From NCBI GenBank assembly GCA_051294375.1, contig JBJCIZ010000239.1:3113476-3177475 (forward strand): a stretch of 64,000 nt of DNA, in the 5' to 3' direction. A program made the translations under genes and the position numbers. Below are positions 25,708 to 38,654 of the stretch, piece by piece. Source of the DNA: Paraspadella gotoi (Eukaryota > Animalia > Chaetognatha). Position 1 is the stretch's first letter. Every line of letters starts with the position of its first letter. Under the pieces are notes generated by a model. It saw only the letters and a program-made list of their open reading frames with translations, was not told the DNA's origin and did not search any database.

Positions 25708-27219
25708 CGCTGGGACAGGGGAGTGGGAGTTGAAGGCGACGCATATACGGGAGACGTATTCTGGTCGGTCCGTCAGTCAATTAGGTCTGTCGATCGGTAA
25801 GATTACGCTATGGTTTTCGTCCGCTCCCGGTCGGTCTTTCAAACTAAATGGTAAATAAACAAAAGTTGTCTTACGCGCTATTTCCGGTCAAAACGATTCG
25901 CTTGTCGCTTCTTCATATCTTGGATTTAACGAACGACGTTCGACAATTTCCGCATATAACGAGACTCGCTAGAGTCGTTCCAAGGGACAAAGGAAAAAAC
26001 TCGAGACGAAATCTTTAAAATCCAAATATACATAAGTTTTTTTTTCTAAGAAAATTTTAAATTAAAGCGACATTCTCGATTTATGAGCGACTGCGATAAC
26101 GTTATATGCGATTTTATTAGAATACAATATATTCAAAACATTAAATAATGTTTTAATCCAATTCTTTTTAAATTTCAGGTTTCAATTTTATTAACATTAA
26201 AAAAGTAAGAAAATTAAAATTAAAATTAAGAAAGCTGTGTCAATTCTTTCTAAAATCCTAGATACTCTCTACTCTTCTTTCTCTGCTCTTCTCTTTCCCT
26301 TCTTCCCTTTATCTTCCCATTTCTCTTCTTCTCTTATTACTTATTACTATTATTCGCTTTTTACTGTACCTAAAAGGTCATATCGGCCGCAGAAAGCGTG
26401 CCCAGGGCCGTATCCATAGATTCATTCATTCATTCATTCATTCATTCATTCATTCATTCATTCATTCATTCATTCATTCATTCTCTCTTCTCTACAATAA
26501 GACGGCCTTTTCATTTAAACTGTCTGTCAGTTAGTCGATTAAACTTAACAAAACATTTTACACGATCAATCCGTTTCCTACGTTGCCATAAAATAAAATA
26601 TAATTTAAAAGTCAAAACAGAATATGTCACCGGAATTTTCCTTATTTTTTTCTTATTTTTAAAAAAATACGACAGACTTCGTATCGATATGGGAATCATT
26701 CTCGCAAAATATGTATTCCTTGATAAAATCACGTTTCTTTTACGCGAATGAAGAAGGCGGAAAACAACTCGGTTTACTTTTCGAGCTTATCGTATTTTTC
26801 TTGCCCTACAACAAAATAAGGTTTAGGATTTATGGTTTCAACTTTTTTCCAATTGTCAAGCAATCAATTCTTTATCTTTTTTGAAAATGTTGACAAGCAT
26901 CAACAATGAGCTTTTATTTTATCCAGAGAGGCAATCAAACCGCTATGGCATCTTTCACTAAACGACAAAAACGTATAAAAACACGGGTGTAATCTAGTAA
27001 AGTAATTGTATTTCACGTCAAACAAACTGTTTCAACCAACGAGAAAAATGAATCTAAACGCCTGCATTAAAGTTGCAAAAAAATCACTTCTCAACTAAAA
27101 TCGTTTTCAAAGTCAAGTCCTTCTTCTCGTCGTTACGTTTGTTACCTAATGTTAAACCCTAATAGAATTCACAACCCGCGCGGCCCCATGGCTCTCGACG
27201 GCCATTCCTATTACATCCC

Positions 27220-27470
27220 TCACGGAGATTCGAATCCGGATGAATTATCAGACTCCTCGTCGTCCTGCGGCCTGGGCGGCGCCACGCCGTATCTCCGGGC
27301 CTTGCGCCTGCGACGACGCCGATCCTCTTCGTCCACTTCGTTGTTGTTGTTCACGTTGGCGTTGGCGTTGGAGTTGGCGTTATAGAGGCGATTCTGATTG
27401 TGTTTGTTGGCGTTGCTCTCGTTAGCGTTTTCTTCCCCCTCCTCCTCCTCCTCCTCTTCCTCGTCAGTTT
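27220..27470 (-). CDS. Three-finger membrane protein 2, exon 4 (acidic/Asn/Arg-rich cytoplasmic tail)
   Basis: Acceptor tttgttcag|; KTDEEEEEEEEGEENANESN...DRRRRRRKARRYGVAPPRPQDDEESDNSSGFESP*. Confidence 0.7.
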
Positions 27471-27537
27471 CTGAACAAATAAAAAGTCATATATATTTAA
27501 ACAAGAAGCGATTAATTTTGAGATCCCCACCACTTAC

Positions 27538-27667
27538 TATCGGGGATCACGTTTCTTATGACATTTACGACGAGGGCGACTATCCCAAGTGCAATTACGC
27601 CGACGAATATACACATAACGTAAAACGCCGGACGATATCGCTCCTTTTCCGGTACATTGCAAAGATC
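27538..27667 (-). CDS. Three-finger membrane protein 2, exon 3 (DLCN plus TM helix)
   Basis: Acceptor atcacag|; DLCNVPEKERYRPAFYVMCIFVGVIALGIVALVVNVIRNVIPD; donor A|GTAAGT. Confidence 0.8.
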
Positions 27668-27832
27668 CTGTGATAATGTTGATCGGTAGTTAACAAATTC
27701 GGAACATATCGTACCTAGATGACGCAGAAATAATTCAAAGTTTAGCTCAATTTTTATTTTTCAAATTGATTTGACGGAAAAAATAGCTTATTACCATCAT
27801 ACGTTTGCCTAAAGCTGTCCTCGATCACTTAC

Positions 27833-28095
27833 TACGTCGCATTCGTGGAAAGTGCAGGATTCGAAGTTGGCCGTCGTTTCTATGAACACGATATCCTTAA
27901 GGTACTTGCAGTGATCTTTTCCCTCCTTTTCCTTGACCTGGTGGTTGCAGTGTTGAGAGACTGCCTCTTTGAGCGCCTTTCCCTTGTAGTACTTGACCTC
28001 TATAATGGCGCACTTGTCATCCGTGCTGTCGCAGGTCACCTCCTTCCTTTCCGCGTCAGATTGATTGTACAGTTTGTAATAGCATCTTCTTTTTC
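27833..28095 (-). CDS. Three-finger membrane protein 2, exon 2 (Cys-rich ectodomain)
   Basis: Acceptor ttatcag|; GKRRCYYKLYNQSDAERKEVTCDSTDDKCAIIEVKYY...QHCNH...DHCKYL...FESCTFHECDV; donor GTA|GTAAGT. Confidence 0.8.
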
Positions 28096-28257
28096 CTGAT
28101 AAGAATAATTTATAAAAAAAAGTATTCTAGGTGCGTCGTTTAATGTAACGGTGTAGCACGATTTTTATTACATAAGATATTTTTGACATCTTCAAAAAGT
28201 TAAATTTTTTGCTAGCCTAATTTTTTTTTTATCAATAGTGATGTCAGTTTGAGTCAC

Positions 28258-28525
28258 CCGATGGTTTGCCCATATCCTCTGCTTGGTCCTTCTGCGCCTC
28301 TTTATTGACTTTGTCTTGGACCTCCCTGCTTCCTTCATTCTTCGTCTGGTTCATCTGAAGTTTTTTTCCGCCGCCCCCTCCACCGCCACCGCCGCCACCT
28401 CCGCCCCCCCCTCCGCCGCTCGCCGCTGAAGCTGGTGCAGAGGTGGCGTTTTGGCCGTTGACGATGGCGGCGACGTAGGCGACGAGGGCCACGCCCAAAA
28501 ACAGTTTACAACGATCTATCGCCAT
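28258..28525 (-). CDS. Three-finger membrane protein 2, exon 1 (signal peptide, poly-Gly linker; total 303 aa)
   Basis: ATG 28525; MAIDRCKLFLGVALVAYVAAIVNG signal-like; poly-Gly run; donor TCGG|GTGACT, phase 1, fits exon 2. The four exons sum to 912 nt, open to TGA. Confidence 0.75.
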
Positions 28526-28966
28526 TCGTCTCAAGGCCAAAGCCAGAAAAAAATTTATAACTGAAAAATCACCGGGAGATAAACGACTATGAGAGAAGGC
28601 AAAAAACGATAGTTATCTCAGTGAAAGACTCAAAAAAATCCAAACATTATTTTCAAAATATTTCCTCGAAAGAAATCGAACTCTTAAGCGGTTCGAACGC
28701 GGTAGTCAAGAAATGTAAGGTCTCATTCTTTGCCTCCGCGCGGCGAGTGCTTGAATAAGTTTGCGAGGGTCGAAAACAGTCGCAGGCCATGGGGTCATAT
28801 TTTTAGGGTGTATTGGCTGGATATACGACTTACTAGCATGTGTTAACATTATCAGAATAGCTGAAAATTAAGACAATCAATGATTATCATTTTCTTGAAC
28901 GTGTAATTTTCAGTGAGCCTCCATCAGTTTGTCAACAAGACGAAATTGAGACACAAGGACGGTTGA

Positions 28967-29048
<82 letters not shown>

Positions 29049-29150
29049 ATCAGTTTTATATTTTTGAATTTGATCATATTTATCTTTCTTTACAAAGAAG
29101 AAACCCCCCAAAAGAATAACTGTTAATTTTTGGTCGTATCTTCGACCTCA

Positions 29151-29190
<40 letters not shown>

Positions 29191-29246
29191 ATTCGTGATT
29201 CATAAATCAAATAAGTTTACCTTGATAACAGGGAAGATTTTCTGTG

Positions 29247-29338
<92 letters not shown>

Positions 29339-29953
29339 TATTTTATTCTTTCTTTATTTTTCTTTCTGTCTATCTTTATATTTTATTCTCAAAAATATAC
29401 CCAAAAACAAAATCATCGGTGAACATTCTGTTGTATATTGGGTAGGCAAACTAAAAATATAGTTATGACGAAAACGAAGACGCATTAGTAATGATAAACA
29501 TTTTCGTAAACACAAGCAATTCTCTATCAAGCTTCCATGCGAGTCCGTAATCCGTAGTAATAAAAAAATAAAACATTTTCTTGGTCCGGCTTCGTACGGA
29601 CAAGTTGGTGAGAAATTTGAAAAAGAAGAAAAAAAAATTGTCTGTGAGAATTGTTCATGTTTTCGGATTAACTCGAAATAGAAATTTTTGTGTGCGTTTT
29701 CTGTGTGCGTCTTTTGTATGTTTCTCTTTGTGTGTGAATAGGCTGAGTTGATTAAACTTCAGAGAGGAAGACTTAAATAACGAAAATAAATATCATAATA
29801 TGATGAAAAGAGGAAGAGAGGAAATTGAAAAAGAAGGAAGGAAAAGAAAGAATAAGAAAAAAGAGAAAGAAGGAAAGAAAGAAATAAGGAAAGGAAGTCG
29901 TTTGAAGAATCATGTAATGATAACTAAAATAACTAAGAAATAAGAAAGAAACT

Positions 29954-30015
<62 letters not shown>

Positions 30016-30415
30016 TGCTCCGCTTCCTTTCTTGTTTCGCGCCAAAGTGAAACAATGAAAGCAAATATTTCCAAGTTATGACGAGAGTGCGATTCTTTTT
30101 TGTCCCATGAAAACTCACTCGATTGAAATTCCGTCACGAGAATCGTGTCACTCACTCTTTCACTCTCTAACTTACATACTCACTCACTCACTCAATCACT
30201 CACTCACTCACTCACTCACTCACNNNNNNNNNNACTCACTCACTCAATCTTTCACTCTCAAACTCACGCATTCTTTCATTTAATATTTTTCTAACTTTCT
30301 TCTTCTTCTTCTCTTCTTCTTCTTTCTCTTTTCTTCTTTTCTTCTTCTTTATAATTATTTTATATTCGATATGATTATTATTATATTATTAATTACTTAT
30401 TATATTATTATATTA

Positions 30416-30449
<34 letters not shown>

Positions 30450-30700
30450 TCATCGTTCATTTAGCATCATTCTTTCTTTTCCTCCTCTTCCTCTTTGCTT
30501 AACTCGAGCTTCGAACACGCGTTAAATTCAGACGGTGAAACCTTTTTCTGTAACAATTTCCTATTTTTAAACTTACTTTTTTAGAGAAATGTAATAACTC
30601 ACCTTTTCACATCGCGACAGAATCAGTAATCATTCATATATTATTTACTAACCCGGGAAAAATGAGTTAGTATGCAAAATATCTTGGAAAAAAATCCTTG

Positions 30701-30757
<57 letters not shown>

Positions 30758-31035
30758 TAATCAGAGAATGAAAAGTAGATTTACTTTTCTCTCCCCACTT
30801 TTTTTGCACTCCATTTTATTTTGTTTTTCTTTATTGCCCTCAGAAAAAATGAAAGATTAAAAAATATAAAGAAAATAGGAAAAAGAAATAATAAAAAAAA
30901 AAGGAAAAAAAGGAAAGATGGCAAATAATGTTTGGAAATAATCCCCGTCCCTTGGTGCCTCGGGCCGCGTAACGCCGAGGTGTCATAAAAGAGTGGAAAA
31001 GGATTAATCCCAGGGAAAAATGTCTTGCTCGAAAA

Positions 31036-31105
<70 letters not shown>

Positions 31106-31265
31106 CTGCCGTATTTTATTGTTTGTTTTAAAAATTTCTTAAGAATGAGTTATGATTCTTTGTCTAGATGTCGGCGCAAATATTCTTTCTCTCTCTTTTC
31201 TCTTTCTCTCTATCTTCTCTTTCTTTCTCTTTTATTTTTTTCGCTGCCTCCCCTCCCCTCCTCTA

Positions 31266-31320
<55 letters not shown>

Positions 31321-31440
31321 CTCTTTTCTCTCTCTCTCTTCTCCTTTCCTCCCTCCCTCTCTCCCTCTCATTTAATTTCCTCCAAAACCACCTTGACCAG
31401 TGTGACGTAATTTTCTGACCCCAAAGGAGGCGTGGAAGGT

Positions 31441-31522
31441 CACCAAGAGGGCGTGTCTCGACCTCGATAGGGGGCGATGCGCGGCGGCGAGGCTGGCGCG
31501 AACGGACGCCCGTAGATGGCGC
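31441..31522 (+). promoter_or_regulatory. Cluster of three same-orientation CTCF-like motifs
   Basis: caccaagagggcgt (31441), tcgatagggggcga (31464) and cccgtagatggcgc (31509) resemble the CTCF core CCNNNAGRKGGCRS; judged by eye only. Confidence 0.35.
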
Positions 31523-31571
31523 AATTCAAGGAGATAAAAGATGATGCTCATTTGTTCTCTCTCTCTCTCTC

Positions 31572-31683
<112 letters not shown>

Positions 31684-32207
31684 TATTACTCGCCGCCTCC
31701 GCCGTTACGATGAAGAAAAGCAAAGAAAAAATATGTTTAAGTAAACAGACAAAATTTTGTCGCGGGAAAAATAAATTTAAGTAGCTGTAGTAGAAAAAAA
31801 TAGGTTCCACAGTTTTTTTTTATATGAATATACTTTTTGGGTAGAGTAGTATATGGCGGAATTTACCTATACACGTTTACATAGTTTAAATGTACTTTTT
31901 GTTGAACAATTGACTAATTTAGATTATAATAAATTTAAAAAAAATATGATCTATTAATTGATTGGTTGATTGATTGATAGATAGATTCAGTTAATTTCCT
32001 TCCGTCTTCTCAGTGGCTGACGTTCGTCGTCCTCTCCTCGTAAACAATTAATTTCAATTTACTCTCGTTTTTTTATGTTTTTTTAATGTTTTTTTTCGGG
32101 TTTTTTTTTCTGTTTTATTTTATTTTAGGATTTAACTTCTTCTCAGTTTCGGCGAAATATCAAAAGGATTTTTTTATTTTTTAGTTTTATCTTGTTTCTT
32201 TCTTTCG

Positions 32208-32267
<60 letters not shown>

Positions 32268-32268
32268 C

Positions 32269-32308
<40 letters not shown>

Positions 32309-33096
32309 TTTTTCTTTCTTTCTTTCTTTCTTTCTCTTTTGTCTCCTTTTTTCTTTCTCTTCGCTTTTTCCGCTTTATTTCCCTCATTCTCTGTTTTATT
32401 ACATGTGAAGAATTTAAAAAGAAGAAAAAAAAAAAGAAAGTATACCGAAGTGAGAAGCCTAATTCAATCAAGTGACGAAATAAAGAGATACTTAAAAGAA
32501 AGCTTAAAAAAAAAAAAAAAAAAACACTACGTCTTTGACGACATCTAATCTAAAGTTATGGTTGTTTCTCGCCGTCGAAACGGCCGCGGCTGCAGCAGCT
32601 GGATTCAGTAGCGGCGACAGCAGCGAACTGCAGCAGCGTCCTTCGTCCCCGACCACCGCCGGAGGGAAGATGTACCGTAGTTTCCGCTTTACGGGCGTCA
32701 AAATTCGCTTTTCTTCCTTTTTTTTTTTTTATCTTTTTTGTCGTTTTTATTTTTTCTCTCTGTAATTTTACCCTCATATCTTCGTCCTTCGTTTTATTCC
32801 GAAAGTTAAGAGTAACCGTCTCTGCTCTCTCTCTCATCTCTCTCTCTCTCTCTCTCTTCTCTCTCATCTCTCATCTCTCTTCTCTCTCTCTCTCTCTCTC
32901 TCTCTCCTCTCTCCCCACAACCTCGGAAATTCCTCCACTCCTCTCATTGATGAACGACGTTGTTCGGCATGCGATTTCGTTTCGGCCTCGAGGCGACGAC
33001 CGTGACGTCATCAAAACGAGGGCGGCGCCCTGGGAAAGAGAGAGAGAGAGAGGAGAGAGAGAAGAGAGGAGGAGAGAGAGAGGAGAGAGAGAGAAG

Positions 33097-33149
<53 letters not shown>

Positions 33150-33239
33150 AGACACTCGTAAATTTTTGATTCATTCGCGACAACATTCCTGTTTTATGTT
33201 TAGCGAATTAATTGGATTTCTTTCCTGTTTCGCGACACT

Positions 33240-33271
<32 letters not shown>

Positions 33272-35678
33272 CGCCGCCGCCGCCGCCAGCCGCGCCGCGC
33301 CGCGCCGCCGCGCAGGCCAGCGTGTCTTAACTTCTTGGCATTTTAAAACAATCGTAAGGTTCCGCGTACAAACGTTGCATTTAGGGGAAAAAACGAAACT
33401 CTTTCCAATATTGTGTTCAGTGTTATTTACAATGTTGATAACTTTGTACACACAACAAAATTAGGGGCGAGGAATCGAAGGATTGGTTAAAACATCTCCC
33501 ACAATATTTCCTATTGATTAAAATAGTACCATTTTTGGCAATATTTTAGCCAAAAAAAATTAATGTTCCATTTTTGGTCGCATTTTTTAATTTACTTACG
33601 GACTTCTGATTTTGAATGCAAGGAAAAGTTGAAAAGAAAAAAATTTTTTACAATGTTGGATCGCGTTCTTTCTTCTTATCTTCTTTACCTACTGGGTAAT
33701 TTAATTAGCTTAAAATCATTTATAAGTTTTGCCTATAAATGAATTTTAAGTTAACAAGTAAAAAGTTGGAGTTTCAAGGTCTTTATCATTAATTGTTAAA
33801 CAAAATAAACAAATTGGTTGAAATTTAAAAAGAAAATGTAGCCTATTGAATAAGCTTTTAAACGACACTCATAAAATTATCAAAAAAACTTTTCTGGTTT
33901 ACCACAATTATTTTTAAAGACCGTCTTTTAAATTTGTGTACTTTTTTGTGATTGCCATTTATATTTTGATATAGAGAATATTTTCACTCAATTTATTATT
34001 TTTAAAAAATGAGGTAACATCCTGACCTTGATTAATCAAAAAAACGCAATTCCTTTTAATCCACCTGGAAAGCATCAAGGACTTGTTTTTTTTTTCTTCT
34101 CATGACAGATTTTGCGGAAAATTTCCGCAAAAATTGTCGATTTACTAAAAAAATTTGCTTAGCAAACAAAAATTGTAATAAAATCATGCGCTAACATTCA
34201 TTTTCTTTTTCTTATAATGCTTATTAAAGAATTTCTTTGGATTTGGGCTCATGTAAATGTAGTGAGAGTGAAGACGAAATGGGAAAACTATAAAAAGAGA
34301 AGGGGAGAGAATGAAAGAGAGGGTGAAAGGAGGCAAAAAACGAAGGCAATGGGAAAAAGGTAAGTGGAGACAATTGTAAGGTAAGAAAAGAGGGGAAAAT
34401 GGAAAGAAAAAAGAGGGGGGAAAAAAAGGGGAAAGAATGAAAAATGAGAAGAAAAGGTGAGGAAGTGGCATGAGTGACGAAAAGGTAGGGGCCAAAAATG
34501 GTAAGTGACAGCGTGAGAAGTAAGGGAGGAAAGAGGAAGAGGAAAATATAAAGTAAGAGAAAAAAGAGGTGAAGAAAATTATCAGGAAAAGCGTAATCAA
34601 AGAAAAAAAATTGTATCAGATAATGTAGCGTCTTACCCTAAATTCTTTGTGTCAGTGAAAGACATGAGGATTCTTATAAGGAAATTCTATCTTTAAAAAA
34701 TCCATCTGTACCATAAAAAATTCCGAGCATACTTTTCTAAAATTTAGAAGCATTAATGAGAATTAGATTGACAAGCATTGAAGAAATATGTCTTACCGTA
34801 TTTTTAAAACTCATAGAAATTTACTGGAAGTTCCTAAGTGATAAGAAAGGAGATAACTTGAGAATACGTTTTTTTAAATGAAGAAAAGCTTCGTACTAAA
34901 CCAATTGAGATCAAGAAATATGGGTAATTATTGAATTCAGATTTCGGCTTTCTAAAAGACCACCGATTGTATGCGAAACCGTAACAATTTTGTTTTCCTT
35001 TTTAAAAAATGGGCTTACACCCGCGTTTCCTCTCTCCGTAGCCGAAGGGTAGGGCGTCGCGAAGAATGCGTAGCGGTCCAATCTAGCGAGATTGTTTTGT
35101 TGTTCTTGCAGCCGAACCGAGTTTCGAGATCGGCCCCACTGGGGGCCCTTTTTAAGCACGAATTTAAACGCTCCAAACGAGTTAACTTTTAACCGCCATT
35201 GCTTTTAAATTGACGGCCGAAAATTTTTAAATAAAAACTTTTTTTTTTCAGGTTCGCCGAGAATAAACGTTTCCACGTCACCTTTATTTTCTTGGATTGA
35301 GTTTACTTCCTACCTCGCTAATTTCGTACTGGCGCCAACCTTTTAACGAGATACGACGACGCATTGACGACCGACGAGACGACGACAACGATCGTCTGAC
35401 CGACGACGGACAACGACGAACGTCTTATTTGCACAACGTTTTTTTTTTTTTAATTTCATAGACATTTTTAATTAATGGTTATAAATTCGTTATAACATGG
35501 CGACCGGAAAAGCGCGCGGAATGTGGATCGACAATAGCGTCAATTTTCTTCTCTCTCTCTCTCTCTCTCTCTCTCTGCTCTCTCTTCTTCTCTTCTCTCA
35601 TCTCTCTCTCCTCTCTCTCTTCTCTCCTCTCTCTCTCTCTCTCTCTGGGCTTCTCCCCTGGTGCCCTTGTTAAAAGAC

Positions 35679-36824
35679 TACATCTTCCCTCCGGCGGTGG
35701 TCCGGGCCGAAGGACGCTGCTGCAGTTCGCTGCTGTCGCCGCTACTGAATCCAGCTGCTGCAGCCGCGGGCCGTTTCGACGGCGAGCAAGACACGACCAT
35801 AACTTTAGCATTAGATCTGTCGTCAAAGACGTTAGCTGTTTTTTTTTTTTTTTTTTAAGCTTCTTTTAAGTATCTCTTTATTTCGTCACTTGATTGAATT
35901 AGGCTTCTCACTTCCGGTTATATACTTTTCTTTTTTTTTTTCTTCTTTTTAAATTCTTCACATGTAATAAAAACAGAGAATGAGGGAAATAACAGCGGGA
36001 AAAAGCGAAGAGAAAGAAAAAAGGGAGACAAAAGAGAAAGAAAGAAAGAAAGAAAGAAAAAAAGAAAAAAAGAAAAGAAAGAAAGAAAAAGAAAGAAAAG
36101 AAGAAAGAAAGAAAGAAAAAGAAAGAGAGAAAGAAAGAAAGACAAGAAAGAAAGAAAAAAGAAAGAAAGAAAGAATGATAGATCGAAAGAAAGAAACAAG
36201 CATAAAACTAAAAAAATAAAAATACTTTTGATATTTCGCCGAAACTGAGAAGAAGTTAAATCCGTAAAATAAAATAAAACAGAAAAAAAAAAACCCGAAA
36301 AAAAAACATTAAAAAACAATAAAAAAACGAGAGTAAATTGAAATTAATTGTTTACGAGGAGCAGGGACGACGAAACGTCAGCCACTGAGAAGACGGAAGG
36401 AAATTAACTGAATCTATCTATCAATCAATCAACGCATCAATTAATAGATCATATTTTTTTTTAAATTTATTATAATCTAAATTACGTCATTTGTTCAACA
36501 AAAAGTACATTTAAACTATGTAACAGTGTATAGGTAAATTTCCGCCATATACTACTCTACCAACAAAAAGTATATTCATAAATAAAAAAAAAACTGTGGA
36601 ACCTATTTTTTTTCTACTACACGTACTTAAATTATATTTTTCCCGCGACAAAAATTTTGTCTGTTTTACTTAAACCATATTTTTTCTCTTTGCTTTTCTT
36701 CATCGTAACGGGCGGAGGCGGCGGCAGTAATAGAGAAAGAGAGAGAGAGAGAGGAGAGAGAACGAGAGAGAGAGCAGAGAGAGAGGAGAGAGAGAGAAAG
36801 AGAAGAGAGAGGAGGAGAGAGGAC

Positions 36825-36855
<31 letters not shown>

Positions 36856-38604
36856 AACCAGAGAGGAGAGAGAGAGAGAAACAAATGAGCATCATCTTTT
36901 ATCTCCTTGAATTGCGCCATCCCTACGGGCGTTCCGTTCGCGCCAGAGCCTCGGCGCCGCGGCATCGCCTCCCCTATCCGAGGTCGAGACACGCCCTCTT
37001 GGTGACCTTCCCAGCGCCTCCCTTTGGGGGTCAGAAAATTACCGTCACACTGGTCAAGGTGGTTTTGGAGGAAATTAAATGGAGAGGGAGAGGAGAGGAG
37101 GGAGGGAGGAAAGGAGAGAGAGAGAGAGAGAAAAGAGAGAGGAGAGATGAGAGAGAGAGAGAGAGGGAGAGAGAGGAGAGAGAGAGAGAGAGATAGAGGA
37201 GGGGAGGGCGGCAGGCAGCGAAAAAAATAAAAGAGAAAGAAAGAGACAGATAGAGAGAAAGAGAAAAGAGAGAGAAAGAATATTTGCGCCGACATCTAGA
37301 CAAAAGAATCATAACTCATTCTTAAGAAATTTTTAAAACAAACAATAAAAATACACGGCAGAGAGAGGAGAGAGAGAGAGAGATAGAGAGAGAGAGACGA
37401 GAGAGAAGATAGAGACGATGAGAGCAGGAGAGACGAGAGAGAGAGAAGAAGAGAGAGAGAGAACGTTTTCGAGCAAGACATTTTTCCCTGGGATTAATCC
37501 TTTTCCACTCTTTTATGACACCTCGGCGTTACGCGGCCCGAGGCACCAAGGGACGGGGATTATTTCCAAACATTACTTTGCCATCTTTCCTTTTTTTCCT
37601 TTTTTTTTATTATTTCTTTTTCCTATTTTCTTTATATTTTTTTAATCTTTCATTTTCTGAGGGCAATAAAGAAACAAAAAATAAAATGGAGTGCCAAAAA
37701 AAGTGGGGAAGAGAAAAGTAAATCTACTTTTCATTCCTCTGATTATCTCTCTTTCTTCTCTCTCTCGTCTCTTGTTCCCTCTTCTCTTCTTCTCTCTCTC
37801 TCTCTCTCTTCTCTCTTCTTCTCTCGCGATCAAGGATTTTTTTTCCAAGACTATTTTGCATACTAACCTCATTTTTTCCCGGGTTAGTAAATAATATATG
37901 AATGATTACTGATTCTGTCGCGCATGTGAATAAGGTGAGTTATTAACATTTCTCTAAAAAAGTAAAGTTTAAAAAATAGGAAATGTTACAGAAAAAGGTT
38001 TCACCGTCTGAATTTTAACGCGTGTTCGAAGCTCGAGTTAATGCAAGAGGAAGAGGAGGAAAAGAAAAGAATGCATGCTAAATGACGATGCAACTACTAC
38101 TACTAACTACTACTACTACTACTATACTACTACTACTACTACTAACTACTACTACTATAAATATAATAATATAATAATAATAATAATATAATAATAATCA
38201 TATAATATAAAATAATATAAAAAGAAGAAAAGAAGAAAAGAAAGAAGAAGAAGAAAGAAGAAGAAGAAGTTAGAAAAATATAATGAAAGAATGCGTGAGT
38301 TTGAGAGTTGAAAAATTGATGAGTGAGTGACGGCCGTGAGTGAGTGAGTGCGTTAAGTGAGTGAGTGAGTGAGTGGACGTGATTGAGTGAGTGAGGTGAG
38401 TATGTAAGGTTTAGAGAGTGAAAGAGTGAGTGACACGATTCTCGTGACGGAATTTCAATCGATGTGAGTTTTCAATGGGACAAAAAAGAATCGCACTCTC
38501 GTCATAACTTGGAAATATTTGCTTCATTGTTTCACTTTGGCGCCGAAACAAGAAAGGAAGCGGAGCAATCTCTCTCTCCTCTCTCTTTCTCTCTCTCTCT
38601 CTCT

Positions 38605-38654
<50 letters not shown>

